Shown here piece after piece: positions 34,895 to 48,499 of a stretch of 64,000 bases of DNA; within the stretch, counting starts at the first letter, position 1; each line of letters opens with the position of its first letter. Position numbers and translations under genes: made by a program. The stretch lies in NCBI GenBank assembly GCA_965153285.1, contig OZ229120.1. One strand, written 5' to 3'. This stretch comes from Podarcis tiliguerta. Taxonomy: Eukaryota. The notes below the pieces were generated by a model, which saw only the letters and a program-made list of their open reading frames with translations, was not told the DNA's origin and searched no databases.

Positions 34895-37800
34895 ATGTGT
34901 AGACAATTATTCTTTGTGCTTCAAACCCCAACACTGAATAATATGCCCACAGGGTGCCAAGAAGTTATGTGTGAAGACCCAGATTAGGCAGGACTGTACT
35001 TTCACCTGCTAGATTCATTTTAGTTTTCAAAAAGCAGGTCTCGTTAATCCAGACTTGTTTTACTGCTTTATTTTGAACATTCTGCCTGCCACCGACTGCT
35101 ATATATTTCTGTGTTTGCTTGTCTGTCTTGGCGTTCTGATAGCACACAGTGATTCTCTTGGAATGATCCTGACTTTTCTCCTCGGATGGTGAAAGCTTGA
35201 ATCATTCTAACCATTTCCTTTCTCAATTGGCTTTGCCTTTTCTTTTCTTACATTTGCATTTGCCTGCCTTCCGCAGCACTGTTGTATTGGCTAGGCAGAT
35301 GATAGGAGTTATAGTCCAGAACATCTAGAGGGCACCAGGTTGGGGAAGGCTGGTAAATATACACTTGTTTTTCTGAGTCTGTGTAAATGCTGTGAGACCC
35401 GAGTGGAAGCTGCTTTTAACAATGCTAAGCTTGGTGTTAATTAACCAAAATAGATTATCCCCTTGCCTCTGCCGTTGCATTTGTGCTAACATTTGGTTAT
35501 TACCCTTTGCTACGGATTTCAAGTTTTATTTTCATGTGTTGAAGCAAATTCTCACACGGTCTTCAAATTATCTCCTTGGGGGTGTTTTTCCTGAGTTAAT
35601 CCTGACAGAATCTTCCTGCCAGATATGCCCATCAACTCTCTACATACAGGAACCTCTGTGCTTCAGGCTGTATGCAAATTTAATGCCCATCTCATTTCTG
35701 TTTCTCTTACATGGATGACAGATATTGTAACAATAACCTACACATTTCCCTATGGGGTTTCGATTGGATTTCCGTATATAAGAGTGCTTATATATGTTTT
35801 TGTTTTTTTGTTTTGCATGTGTGTTTCAGTACAATATTGGTAATGTATATATGGGGGGGGATGTGTGTTGTTTGCTTACATTTATGCATAGGTAAAATGT
35901 ATATGAATGCATGTGTCAAGGCAGTAAACAGCCAAGGAATATCAGAAATGTATCTAGATCCCAGGGAGACTAATCAGTTACTAAAAAATAGATATGGTGG
36001 GGGAAAGTGATAAACAAGGAATGATAAACACGGGATGTATACTGGAAAATAATTCCTAACATTCGAGGGTTTCTGCCTTCATAAGGAAAACAAGAAGCAA
36101 CAGCATAGGAAATGAGCTTTTGTTTTCTGATGTTTCAAAACCAGCATAGTGAGGGCAAATGATATACCAGCAATCACAGAGTTTTCTTTACATGTGTCTG
36201 CAGTCGTCAAGGCAGACTTCAAGTGTTTGTCTGAAACTAATTTTCATCCTAAGTAGCTTAGAAGGATTGGGATCAGTTTAACACCACCTGCTATATTATG
36301 TATCTTAAACGGGAATGGTCCTCATTAAAAAGAAAAGAAAGAAGCCTAAACTTAGATGGTGTGTGCGTGCGCCTAAGATGGGGGGAAAGGTTTCAAGTGG
36401 AGCTGCTTCATATTTTACTGTGCCCCTTGCACCAGCACCTCAGGAGAATGCAAGGTTGCTGTTGAACTCTCAGCTAGCCATGCTAGTGTGGTTTCATGCC
36501 ACTGTACATTTGGGTTGCTATAATTGGAGTCATTGCTACATCTTGGGAAAAGAGCTGCTATAATGACTTCATTACAGCAGTGGCAAATGCAGCTCCCACA
36601 GTTAGTACACTTGCTGCTTCTGCTTGATCATAGTCCAGCTGCAAACCAGATTATGGTCTCACATGGTCTGAGGTGCTCATATCAGGTCCACCCTAGAATA
36701 TGAACAAGCGCTGAGAGACTGGCTGAATCATGGAGACCATTCAATAGTGGTTCATATGCTTCGTAATTATACCACACTATAATTATGCAGATCAGGTGAT
36801 TTGGGGAAACGAACAGTATGGTGCCGCTGTCCAAAAATTATCCACCATGAAGTTATCACCCAACCCCTAGAGTTTCTGTGCTTTTAAAAAAATGATGCTT
36901 CATACATATTGGCACGATGGCAAGTATACTTTGCTATTCTGAGGAGGAAAGTGGTTAAAGCTCATTAAGACAGAATTTGTGTTTTTTTTCCCTGATGAAA
37001 ATGCTACTGATGGAATATTGCTTTTTGGTATTGGGAAAATGAGAAAGGAGCTTCAACCATAGTCGAACTGTGAAATATTTGTCACTAGCAACCTCATACC
37101 TAGCGCTGCTCGGGAATTCTAAGAAACAAAAAAATCAGTGCAGTTGTGAAAGGTTAATTTTGCCATCTTGATTCAAAATGGTGTCCAGATACTGATGAAA
37201 ACAAGTTACTTGATCTCAGGAACCGTAATAGATCTAAAGAAGTATGTAAATGCATAGCAGACAAATAACTTTCTAAAATATATAGTATATATCTAGAAGG
37301 CACATGAATTGTAGATTTTTCACAAATACTGAATAGCCACATACATGGAATTGGGGGTGCAAGTAGACTATTTTTTATAAAGAAAGACAGTTGAAATACA
37401 CATAACACCTTCTCTGTTGGTAAAGGGAATCTGCAGATATTTCTATAATTTGAAAAAACCTGCAATATCTGTGTATATACCATGGGAAGCAAAGCCTCTC
37501 TCTGATCACTTTCACCTCTTAAAAACTATTGTCTGTGTATAAGTAGTGAGGGAGAAAGCAGCAAGTTGCTACTGGATTTCGCAAAAACATCTTTGTAACA
37601 ATTTCTTAGCTGTTCTTGGGTTTGCTCTTTTGCTCTTTTTGCTCTTTTGTGGTCACATTTTACAAATCGCTGATAGTAAAATTGTTACTGTGCTCAAAAT
37701 CTGTCTTTCAGAATAAATATCTGTTGGTTTTGGGAGGGTCTGACTGATTAAACTGAGAGCAAAACCAAGAATGGGGATTTTAGAAATTTGTGAGAATCCC

Positions 37801-40195
37801 AGCACAAAATCCTCATTTCTAGTTTAATTAGATTTATAGGGAACAGATTCAATTAAAATATAATTGCATGTGTTGTGTATACTTTGAGACTGTTTTCAGT
37901 AATTTTCTTTTCCTCTACACCAACTTTGTGAAACATGATAAAAATATCTCATGACTGAAACATTTCAATTTAGTACATCTAGTCAGGACGCTATGTATGC
38001 ATGTGTGTAATTCTACATTTGTTCATGTTGAATAATATATGAGTAAAATATATGGAATAGTAGTATGATTTAGAAGAGGTGCTTTTGACACTATAGATAC
38101 ACAGTTTGATTAGTGTAATAGTATGGCAGTATATTTTCATTAGAATATTTCACAATGCACTTTGATGGAACATACATTCTATCAGTAGAATTTTGCTTGT
38201 GTTATGTTTCTGTGCTTTCTACATCTTTTTTTTAAGCTGCAGGTAAATCTCTAGGTGCATATCTGAAACAATGTAAATATTCAAAAAACTAAAAGAACCT
38301 GGTTCTTGGGCAATTGTACTATATTGCTGCATTCATCACTGATTTTATTGCCTCCAACATAAATTGTACAAGTTTCAATGCTATTCGTGTAGTTCAAATT
38401 TCCAACTGGGGCTAGCCATTTATATTTCCTGTTTTGCAAAAATCTCTAGATTGTTTTCCTCTATCTCTGACACCATAGAGCTACCTTATATTGAACTGGG
38501 ATCACACGGCATCATGCATGTTGAATTTTCTACACAGAAGTAGCTTCCATGTAGGGAATTGCGTGAATCCCTTCATTGCAGTGGGGGCAGGGCATTTTTC
38601 ATCAGAACAACACTAGGAGGAAGAGTTTGAATCCCCACCTCTGCCCATCAGACTCCCAAGCATGATTGGAGTCTCAGCCAACTGTTCTTTGCACTTCTAA
38701 GATGATTTGTGCAACACAGACATTAAATATGTAGGCTCTAATATCTACTGCTCTGGCAAGTTCACCAGTCTGGGTTACCATCCTGTAGGGATTACCTGAA
38801 TGTGAGCTGCTGAAGGAACCTTCCTCCTGGCATTAGTTGAGAGGTTTTAATATTGTATGTTGCCTCAGTTGCCTTTGGAAAGAGAGGCGACCTATAAATA
38901 ATAGTACAGGAAGCCACGCAGAAGCACAGAATCAAAAGGTGTTTTGACAGCTGTTCCAAGAAGTGTAGCTAAGCCTTTACATCATATCACAGGTTCCCTT
39001 TCGACTGCTTTTTCAGTTGCTTCAAAAGCTCTAAAATCAACATTTTTCAGACACAACCCCTTTCATACACCAGGGATGGGTGAAATGATGTGGGATAGTG
39101 TCCTCAAGCTAAACTAGATTTGGGGGCATAACATATTTCAAACTCACAGGCAAGGGAGTGGGTTTGGGTACTTGGTGCTGCACTCTTTCCATTCAGATTC
39201 TTACAAAGTTGGGCACCACCTCCACTCTTTGCATGATTCCAGGGGATTCCAGGCACTCACCCAGGGTCTGTATTCCTTTGGAGAATTGAGACACGGCAGA
39301 GACTGTCGTAGCTTTAAGAAATGTAGTTTATTCACCTAATTACAGCTTCAGTGCACGTGGAGGGAGTCCAGATCTTACAGCATGGTCATTTCAAGAGGGG
39401 CTTGTCTCGCCCACAGCAGTGCAGCCCTGGAGTCCAAGCCATCTCTCCCAGCCACAGCTGAGATTTTTCAAAACTCTGAATCCTTTGCTTTTTACACATC
39501 TGAATATACACAATACAGGCTATATGGCTTGTAAAATGAACGTTTGTTGCTGTTCCGAGATGATCCTTGTACAGCTCTTTAACTGCCTTAATTTTCTGAA
39601 TTCCTTTGTTTTATTCTGTAATGTGAAGAGATGAAAACTGGAAATCATTTGTAAGCAATGTAGAATTTCCAATTCTGGACATAATTTAGCTTAATCCAAA
39701 GACTTACTAGGAGAAATACATATTTGCATTTAAAAAGGAAATGGAAGACAATCAGAGTGACCCTGATTGGGACCATGGGGAATAGGTTTAATGCCTTGCT
39801 CCTACCCAGTGCACTCCATATGAATTTCCTGCCACCAGCCGCTATTTGTTTCTGGAGCGTTGCTGCTATTCATGGGGCAAACAGAAACTTCAAGAAGCAA
39901 GTTTTGGGTGGGGATTTAAGAGTGAAGATTCATCGCCCATATATCATCTTAATCCTCATCGCCCCCTCCCATGACTACTTTAAAACAAAACATCCAATAA
40001 CACATTTCTTGTATCATCTAGTCGTCTTCCCCAAAGTATGTTTCTCTGAAGTTTGTGCTAAGTAAATAGTGTGAACTAATCAAGGAATAAGAAAACCATT
40101 GACAGTCTAGTCAGACTGTGCTGTCCAGAGAATGTACAGGTAATGTGGGGAAGGGGGAGCATATCAAGAGATCTCAGTCATATTCCTACAGATAA

Positions 40196-40690
40196 TGTCA
40201 GGGAATCAGATCCCTCCCACAGTTGGCAGCCAAGAATTAGATAAACAAGGAGAGTTCTTACCAAATATTTTATTCAATATCCACAGAGAGAGGCTCAGAA
40301 AAAGGGCCTCTCACAGTAATGGCATTGCTCTGAGTAAAGCCCCTCCCCCTCCGTTTCTCCTATTATATGTCATCCCTACGTTGGCTGATCTGTGCTTTCT
40401 GCCTCTGAGCTTTCTGTTCTCCTACTTTCAATGCCCTCCAGGTTCTGGGAGAGGGCAGGTCTGGAATACTTTCTAAACATGCTGAGTCTGTCAGCTGTCT
40501 CTCCCCTGGTGGTGCTGCTTCTTCCTGCTCCTCTCCCAATATTTCCTATCTTTTCCCCTCTGCAGTCTCTGAGCTGTGACCTCCCACACACCACTGTTGT
40601 AAATCTATACTGTCTTTCTCTTCTCTGGAAGGTTCAGGCTGGGGAGGTGGTGTCCACCATTCCTCCCGCTCCTTTGCCCAGCCCCTGACA
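40196..40690 (-). mobile_element. Solo LTR, 495 bp (LTR retrotransposon or ERV; superfamily undetermined)
   Basis: TG...CA termini with 8-bp inverted ends tgtcaggg / ccctgaca; perfect 5-bp TSD gataa (40191-40195, 40691-40695); minus-strand TATA-like element (40361-40368) upstream of AATAAA (40269-40274). Confidence 0.88.
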
Positions 40691-40717
40691 GATAAGTAGG
40701 TCTAGGTCTGTGTAATC

Positions 40718-40865
40718 AGATGAGAAGAATCCTGCAGGATCAGATCAAAGCCCCATCTAGTTCAGCATCCTGTTCTCCACAGCAACTAGCCAGGCTGTGG
40801 GAAACCCACAAGCAAGGCATGAGCACCACTGCATTCTCCTGCTGCTATTCCCCAGTGACTGGCAA
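40718..40865 (-). mobile_element. CR1 LINE 3' end
   Basis: gaagaatcctgcaggatcagatcaaagccccatctagttcagcatcctgttctccacag is the reverse-strand counterpart of the CR1 tail at ~34150-34230. Confidence 0.7.
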
Positions 40866-42539
40866 GATCCTGGAAGTAACATCCAAAACATGCCACCCTG
40901 AGTTCCATGATAGGAGGGAAGAGGGAGGAGGAACAGAGTTGTCTAGCTGTATTTTTATAAAGAACATATTCCATATAAATTTAGCTGCAGAATTGGACAG
41001 AACTGGCTAAATGTACTGCCGTGTAGTTCTGAGTCAAATTCTTTGCTAATGTGCCACTTATATGTAGCATGTAAAAGGGTTCTAGTTTTTTCTGCTTTAT
41101 TATTGTAAAGAATATTTGCCAACATATGTTGAAATGTCAAGTAAGCAGATGTAGAAATTAACTCCAGCATCGAAACAGTAATTTGAGAGGTGACATTCTT
41201 GAATAGTAAAGTACTTAAAAAGCAAAGGCTTTTACGTGAAAACTTGTATGCCACCAAAACTGAAGTTATTTGCAGCCGTTGACTGAATCAGTGACTTGCA
41301 AAGTTAATATTCTCTGACTCAACGCTAACGCAGGCCCTGTTTTAATACCTAAATGACTCAACAGACCAATCCAAGGCATACACTATTTTTTACATTAAGC
41401 AAACAATAAATGCTGTAAGTAAAAATTAAACACAATTTAATTGGAAGCACCTTACATGAGTTTCAAATGGAATGTCCAAGTAAGCATTCAGAGCCAGAAG
41501 AATCTGTTCAAGCATGTCCACCCCCAGGAATGAATCTGAAAATTGGAGGCTAAAGCTTACAGATTTGTGCTCATGACTTTCAGCTTTTTATTTTACCTGA
41601 AACTATCTTTTTTTTGTAATTTGGAACTAAATCAGTGTATGATGCCATAAAACAATTACTTTCTTGAATACAAAAGTGCCGCCAATTTGTTGAAAGTGCT
41701 CTTTTAAAAAACACCTAAAATGTTGCTTTGCATCAGGATCCTTCTAAATTAAAGAGAGCACTTAAGTTTTGTAACTTTGTTGGACAATTGTTAAGGAACT
41801 TTACAAGCCACAAAGAATCAGAAAGCTCTCCAACCTGAAAGGCATGGATAATGAGAGGGTTTTTCCGAAAGCTTAATAGGGACATAATTGAATTACATAA
41901 TAACTTCTTATAGATTGTGATTACCCCTCACATCAGCACTACATTGAAAATATAACTTGACTTTCAGGGCGTACATAATAATAAAGCAAAAAACAAATTG
42001 AGAATGGGCTATAAGAGTAATGTGTTCGTTTAGCAAATAATTAATGTACAGAATGGTCTGCTAGGTAAAATGACCAAGACAAAGGCCCAAGAAACAATTG
42101 GCAACTCTGTTGGGGGAAATTGAGTACTAAAAAGAGATAAGCTTCAATGAACCTGAAACCTTTACTACTTAGACATTATTTGATCCAGTCATTAATGCAA
42201 GCCAGCTGCAATTTGATACTAGTGTATTTCTACCATGAAAAATAATGCCAGTGCCTCTTGGTTGGGACTGTAAATCTGAGTGAGTAAATGAGTGTTGAAC
42301 TGCAGTTAAGTGCCACGTTGACTGACTTGGATTCTTTAAAATGTTTGTCAACTTAGTAATGTATGGAAGATCACTTACTCTTTGAAGAAATCATCTACCT
42401 GAAATTGCTGTGATGAGCATATCTTAATAGACTCTTATCCAACCATATGCATATGAAAATTATGTGTCTTTGAGTGTTTTCTTATGTAAATGTTAAGATT
42501 GTATCAAGGAGTATATCAAGAGAACCCATGGCACAAATC

Positions 42540-42815
42540 AGAAAGTGTGGTCTCGGATCAACACTGCCAGAACAGCAATACACAACATGGTTGTGTCCTT
42601 CCACAAGAACATGCATGGCACCATCCAGTATGATGGCTTATCCTCTGACATCTTACTTATAAAGAGCTCATTTGCCCCAGTGCAACAAAGCATGTCTCTC
42701 CCGTATTGGTCTCTACAGCCACAGCAGGTGCTGTAACTCTCCAACAGTTTGACTTCACCCCCAAAGATGGGCTCCTCTATTGTCTCCAGAGACAAATGGA
42801 TTCCAACACACAAAA
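42540..42815 (+). mobile_element. Internally deleted RTE-clade LINE fragment (RT piece joined to 3' tail)
   Basis: IHNMVVSFHKNMHGTIQYDGLSSD is homologous to KLHNIIVSFHENIHGTFQYDRSSSD at ~44720-44800; tail shared with 5684-5790. Confidence 0.75.
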
Positions 42816-44269
42816 ACTCTGGAATGTTGATAACTTGGTAACCTTTGTCATTGAACCAGTATTTTTCCTCTCTCCAAAGCAGGGAGCTATAGAAATTCTC
42901 AATTTGTTGTAAACAAAGATTTATCTATCTTTTTCAAAACAGGTAGCTACAGGTGGCACGAGAAGATATAGGAGGAATATTTGAAATTTGGAAAGCATTT
43001 AATCTCACCCCATTTCAAGTCATGTTCCAATGCACTTTTTCTTTAAACATGGTAGCCACTTTCCCCTTCAAACTTCACAATAATGAAAGGTTACATGTAT
43101 GTATCAAGTGTTATATTGCACTTCGTTATATAGAAGCTGGCAGCCATCTAAAACTCTATGAAAAGTTTAAGAATAAAATAAATGCAGTTTATTAAAACTG
43201 CAACTTTAGTTTAAATATTGATAGCAAGTGGAACAGAATGAAACCTTTAAAAAAAACCCACATACAGAATACTTCTGGTTTACAATATTAAACACTAAAC
43301 CTTACATGAAAAGTTCATGCTTGTCTTATACCTGATGTTGTCAATTAAGGCATGTGATCTTGGCTTAGTCAAGAAGAAAGTTAGATCCAACGTGAGCTTC
43401 AAGCGCTAGGCACAGTCGGCTTTTATCCTTAGCTAGTGGGCCAGATCAAGAACTTCCATGCTCAGGTCCACTGGCCAGACTCTGTCCAATCGGCTGCTTA
43501 TGATTGGCCAGTTTAAACTTTAGACTAGGAGGGCTATCCCACCCTGCAATGCGATCAGACAGGGAATTTGCAACAGCTGGTTCCTGGGACTTGACTCCTT
43601 GCAGCCCTGGGAATGGAGGGCAGCCCGCGAGGGTTTGCAGCCACTGTCCACTGGAGCAGGGTAAGTGGCCATTATGTTACAACTAAACACATAAAATTTC
43701 CTTCCAGTATTAGGCAAGATTCATTTGATGTTCTTCGGCTTATCCAATTTTAGTATGAAACATTAACTGGAGATATTCCACATGAAGAACTGCAAAGTTG
43801 ATGGAGCCACCTAATCAAAACAAATTTACCTTGGCAGATTTGTCAACATCAGTGAAGTCTGCTTTTAGCTAAGGCCCTAGAAGTTTTGCAGAATTTCTTG
43901 TTTTAATATAAATTTGGGTTCCCACCCCTTCCCTTTCCCCACTTACAATCGTGTAAAGACATTTCACATCATTTTATAGAAGTTAAAGATGAAAGTGCTG
44001 TGACTTTGCTTTGAAAATACTGACAATTCCACAATGCAAGCCCCAGAGTCTGTAGATACAAGCATCACATTAGCAGTCCACGAATTACCGATGAAAAATT
44101 CATGCCACTGTAGTAACTTTCATATTGGCAAAAGTCAGACAGAAGTGAAAACAGCATATTTAACAGAGAAATCTGTAAATATTCACATAATGATGATGAT
44201 CTCTGAGACACTTCGCTCCCCCTCAACTGAGGATTGCATTGTACACAAAAAAGAGGAAGGAAAAGTCTC

Positions 44270-44890
44270 TATCTGCAGCCCAAATTAATGGTGCAGCTTT
44301 CTGTATCACTAATTCCTTGTCTGACTTCCATAAAGCAGTGTGTGCTCAACACACAAGCATGGTAGACCTTTACCTTGGTATTGGTTGTTAGCATCACATT
44401 CTCCCCAACCCTCTTCAAGAGGTGAGCCACTGCTGTGGCTGCTTTGACAATATGCTTGTCCAGCTCAGCATTGATGGAGAAGTTGCTGGTTATGGTGGAA
44501 TCTAGGGAAACAAAATCATCTACAGCTTGGGCTGTAGAGCTTCCTGGAAGTGCACTGTAAATACTGTGCCAGGTTGAACAGACCCCCGTTGTTCCTTGAA
44601 TGGAAGTACAAACCATCTTCAGTTGAGCTGAAGGCATAACAGAGCAACACGGCAAAGTATATGCCAAAGAGAGTTGGAGCAGAAACACAGCTCTGTTTCA
44701 CAGCACTCTTTATAGAGAAAGCATCGGAAGATGAACGATCATATTGGAAAGTGCCATGGATGTTCTCGTGGAAGGACACAATTATATTGTGGAGCTTAGG
44801 TGGGCATCCTGTCTTATTGAGCAGTATGAAGAGTCCTTTTTGGCTGACAAGGTCAAAGGCCTCCATCAGGTCTATGAAGGTGATGTACTC
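44270..44890 (-). mobile_element. RTE-clade LINE reverse-transcriptase fragment
   Basis: AFDLVS..GLF..L.K.GCPPKL..II.SFHE..VKQ.CV.APTLFGIYF and L.STIT.N.SI.AELDK.I.KA.....L.KRV..N..LT.NTK.KVY.ACVLST are RTE RT signatures. Confidence 0.9.
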
Positions 44891-47800
44891 CTACCACACT
44901 TAACTGTAGCACGATCTTTGATAGAGGAATATGTTTTTTTGCTGTAAGTGGCTAAGATCTTTTTGCTTTGAACATAGGCAAGAACCTTCTTAATCCAATG
45001 AGAATTAGGCTAAAGCTATTCCACTGTACGTTCCATTAAGTCTTTAAGGTGCCACAAGACTATGTCCCTTATTCTACACTTTTTTTAGTACTTTAGAAAA
45101 ATCTCACAATAGAGACATTTTTAGAGATGCAAAAATTGCCACTATAGTGGGTTGAGCTGACAGAATTATGTTAAGGCCTAGTTTGCATGACACATGGAGG
45201 CTCCCAGAGAGGAGCTTGCAGCCACTGCCATGGGATAATGGCTGGATGGAATGTCAGCTCAGGTGCCTCTGCAAGAGGAATTCCTTCCTTCCTCCTGTAC
45301 TGCGTTCAGGCATTGTTCCCCCCACCCCACAAACAGCCAAGTGGGTGACCTGCACTTGACTGCCACCTTAAATAGGCCAAGCACAGGCTGTGCACAGCTC
45401 CCAAGCCCCTGCCACTGATTGGCTCTGTGGGCGCTGCCCACCCATACCTGAGAGGATCATTGTGGCCGGGGGTGAATGGTAGCTGGTAACCATCTTCTCC
45501 CCTTGCTACACCAAATGATGAAGCCCTACCTGGACCCACCACAGCTGCATCATGCATCAAAACGTTTCCCACCCAGAGTCCCAGATGAGCTATTATTCCC
45601 TCCTCCTGTATTCCAGGCATTGTTTGACTCCAGTGATGTCACTGTATAATCATATCTGGTTTGACTGCATGATCATCACCAGGTTTACTGATGTAGCTGC
45701 AAGAAGGGAACACAAATTCTAAAAAAATAGCTGATACTAATCTCATAGAAGATTGAATCAAGTGCTTTGTGTGGATGGTTTCAGCATCAATTTTATTTCA
45801 TTTTTTTCTCAAAGATGTTGTAATTAAATATATGGAAATGATGCATCTTTTATTATTAGCTCTTTCTCCATTGGTTGTGATTCTTCATTTAAAGTTGAAA
45901 TCTTAGGTTGCCCAGCAACAATGCAGTCCTGTGTATTTATCTCTTATTAAAAACAAGGTAGCTTTCTATTTGCACAGGTGTGTTTAAAATGGCTGGACAA
46001 GAATCATTCTACAATTTTAAGAATTAAAGGGTGTTTTTTGTGAGTCTAGACTCCCACATTTTATACATTTTTTCCATTTTATACATTTTAGCATGTATGG
46101 TTTTATTTTGGACTCGGGCTTGGTGCGGATCATTTTGGATGTTCTAAATGTATTAGAATTATGTGATCATTGGTTCCCAGAAATATAATAAAATGAATCT
46201 GAACCCAGACTACCACATTATGCCTACGTTTCCATAGTGTTATAAAGGATATAGCAGTTACACTCCCTTCTTTTTTAAACGCCTATTTGCTTCATAGGTT
46301 ATGGTCTACTTTATGGTAGTAACTGAAAAGGGTGAAGCATGACTGCTCATAAGGAGGCAAGTCATCTGTGCATGGAGTTGTTTTCTTTTTTTTAAACGTA
46401 GCTGTTAATTTTTTACATTTATTGGTCTTGTTTTTATGGGTTCTGTATGTTTTGTATTTTTTCTGATTATTTTTATTATTATTTATTTCGTTGTTACCCA
46501 ATGTGGAATTGAAGAATTCAGTGAAGAGTGGGTTAACAACAACAACAGCAACATTGACTGTGAATTTCTGTTTGGAAATAAGGATGGAGGACATTCCTTG
46601 ATAGAGATGATGCATTCTACTGGAAAGATCAGGCAGGCCTTTTGCCTCCTCTCTAGGAGGAGGAGGAATCCTCTTTCACCAGACCAACTGGCAGAGTGGA
46701 CAACTCCCCGACCCCTAAACGATTATTCAACTGGAACCACATTGATGACTGGAACCTAACTGTTACAACGCTACGGATAACAGGAAAGAAAACGGAGAAC
46801 TAACAAAGGAGACAGAAGTAACAAAAGAACTTGCCCTAACAAGAAAAGACAGAAATCTCAATTAAGGAGCAAAAACCTAAGGAAGGGAAAGGAAGCCCTA
46901 ACAGTATGTAAGGCAGCAACAGAAGGCATAACCCACACTCATGCAAGATTGTCGGTAGAGGCAGGAGTGGAGGGTGGAACATACTAGATCTCCAAACAGA
47001 AATTCATAGTAAGAACACGTTTACATTTTTGTGAGATGAGCCTGGAGAATATTCCTTGACAAGGGACATATCAGAGCAGTTTCCTAAACCAAGGCAGACT
47101 TCCTCTGCCCCCCACCCCCATTCCTTGTTCCTCTCAGTGTTTTGGAGAACCTTTGCACTGAAAGCATTGTCCAAGGAGGCATCATCCCTATCAAGAGATG
47201 TCCTCCAATTTTGTCTCATAAACAGGCAGTAGTATAATTTTAGGATTATAATCTGCTTTATACCACTGCAGAGGTGTTATATTAATTAATTAATTATCCA
47301 TAAGTTTTAATAGATGACTTCATTGATTATATCTGCAGAAACTTGCATATAAATAAAAGTCACCCTTAAATAAGATGCATGGCAGGTACCATGTTAAGAG
47401 ACCTTCTCTGAAAAAGAGTCAGAAGAATACCTTCTAAGATAGCGTCTGTATATGTTTGTAATACATTTTCTCATTTGCTGTACACCACTTGCGGAAATTT
47501 ATATATTAAGCAGTAATATTTTAAAATAAAATGAATCTGCCTTGTGGGTTTTTCCATGAAAATATGTTTTTAACACAAGTAAACATTTCTTTTAAGTCTC
47601 CTTCTTTAAGTCTACTGTGTGATTGGTAGTTATTATAATATTTTTGTTAATCGACTAATCTGTTCTTAATTACAGTGAACTGGGGAGGGGACGATATTTG
47701 TTTTCAAATACTTGTGCCTTGTTTCACTTCTGAAAAGATTCCTTATATCAGCTTACGTGAACAAATGAACTGTAACGTTTATAATCTCTTTAGTGTTAAT

Positions 47801-48379
47801 GTGGCTACAGAAGACTCAAGTTTTATTTGCTAGCGTCTGCTTTGTTATCCAAGCTCAGTTGTTAGGGCGCCAAAGCTATTTTCCTATCCCAGTAGTAATC
47901 CAAATGCTGGTCTCAGTTGTTCCTTTTTACTTCTAAACCTGTGCTGTTTAAAGTACACTTCCCAAGAAGCCTGTAAGTTTCTCAATACTTGACTGCCCTC
48001 ACATGAATCCTTGGAAGGATCATGGTGGCAAGCTGCTGCTGCTGCTACTACTAACGTTAATAACATTGAAAACATTGTCTTGCGTGAGTCCTTGAAGCTT
48101 TGGGACACTTCTTTGCCAAAATTACAAAATTCACAGGTGGCTCTGCCGCTATGAGAGAAACGGTGTCTAAACTCTAGGCTTTAAAAAGTATAATTTTTTT
48201 CTTTTTGCCTGAGAAAAAGTGGGTTGCCCTGTGTAAGAACTGCTGAAAGCAACAGATTTAAGGACATGTTTAATAGTTTTTTTCTGTGCCAGAAATGGGA
48301 AATTTTAGTGTATAATACTCTATTTTGCATATTGTCATTCAAGGAAATCTAAATAGCTTGTCGTTCTCTTTGGTTCCAG

Positions 48380-48499
48380 CTGTTCCTCTTTGTGACCTGG
48401 AATTTTGAGCTGTACATGATTCCTCTGACACTGTTGCTACTGTTGGTGTGGAACTACTTCCTGATTATTTCAGGGAAAGATAATAGACAACGTGATACG
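48380..48499 (+). CDS. MCTP1: MCTP1 coding exon (120 nt), hydrophobic/TM segment: LFLFVTWNFELYMIPLTLLLLLVWNYFLIISGKDNRQRDT
   Basis: Acceptor ttctctttggttccag|CTG, donor ACG|gtaagc; phase 0/0. Confidence 0.96.

Noticed and set aside
38200-38250. Possible recursive splice site (pyrimidine tract...gctgcag|gtaaat) in the 33-kb intron
   Set aside because: A competing AG lies just upstream, such motifs occur by chance in tens of kb, and the intron is short relative to known vertebrate recursive introns; needs nascent RNA data.
39230-39480. Second LTR-like fragment (tttatt signal, GC-richer)
   Set aside because: No definable termini or TSD.
43320-43685. LTR-like segment (CCAAT boxes, ttttat, ends in gttaca)
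   Set aside because: No matching TG terminus or TSD found; left unclassified.
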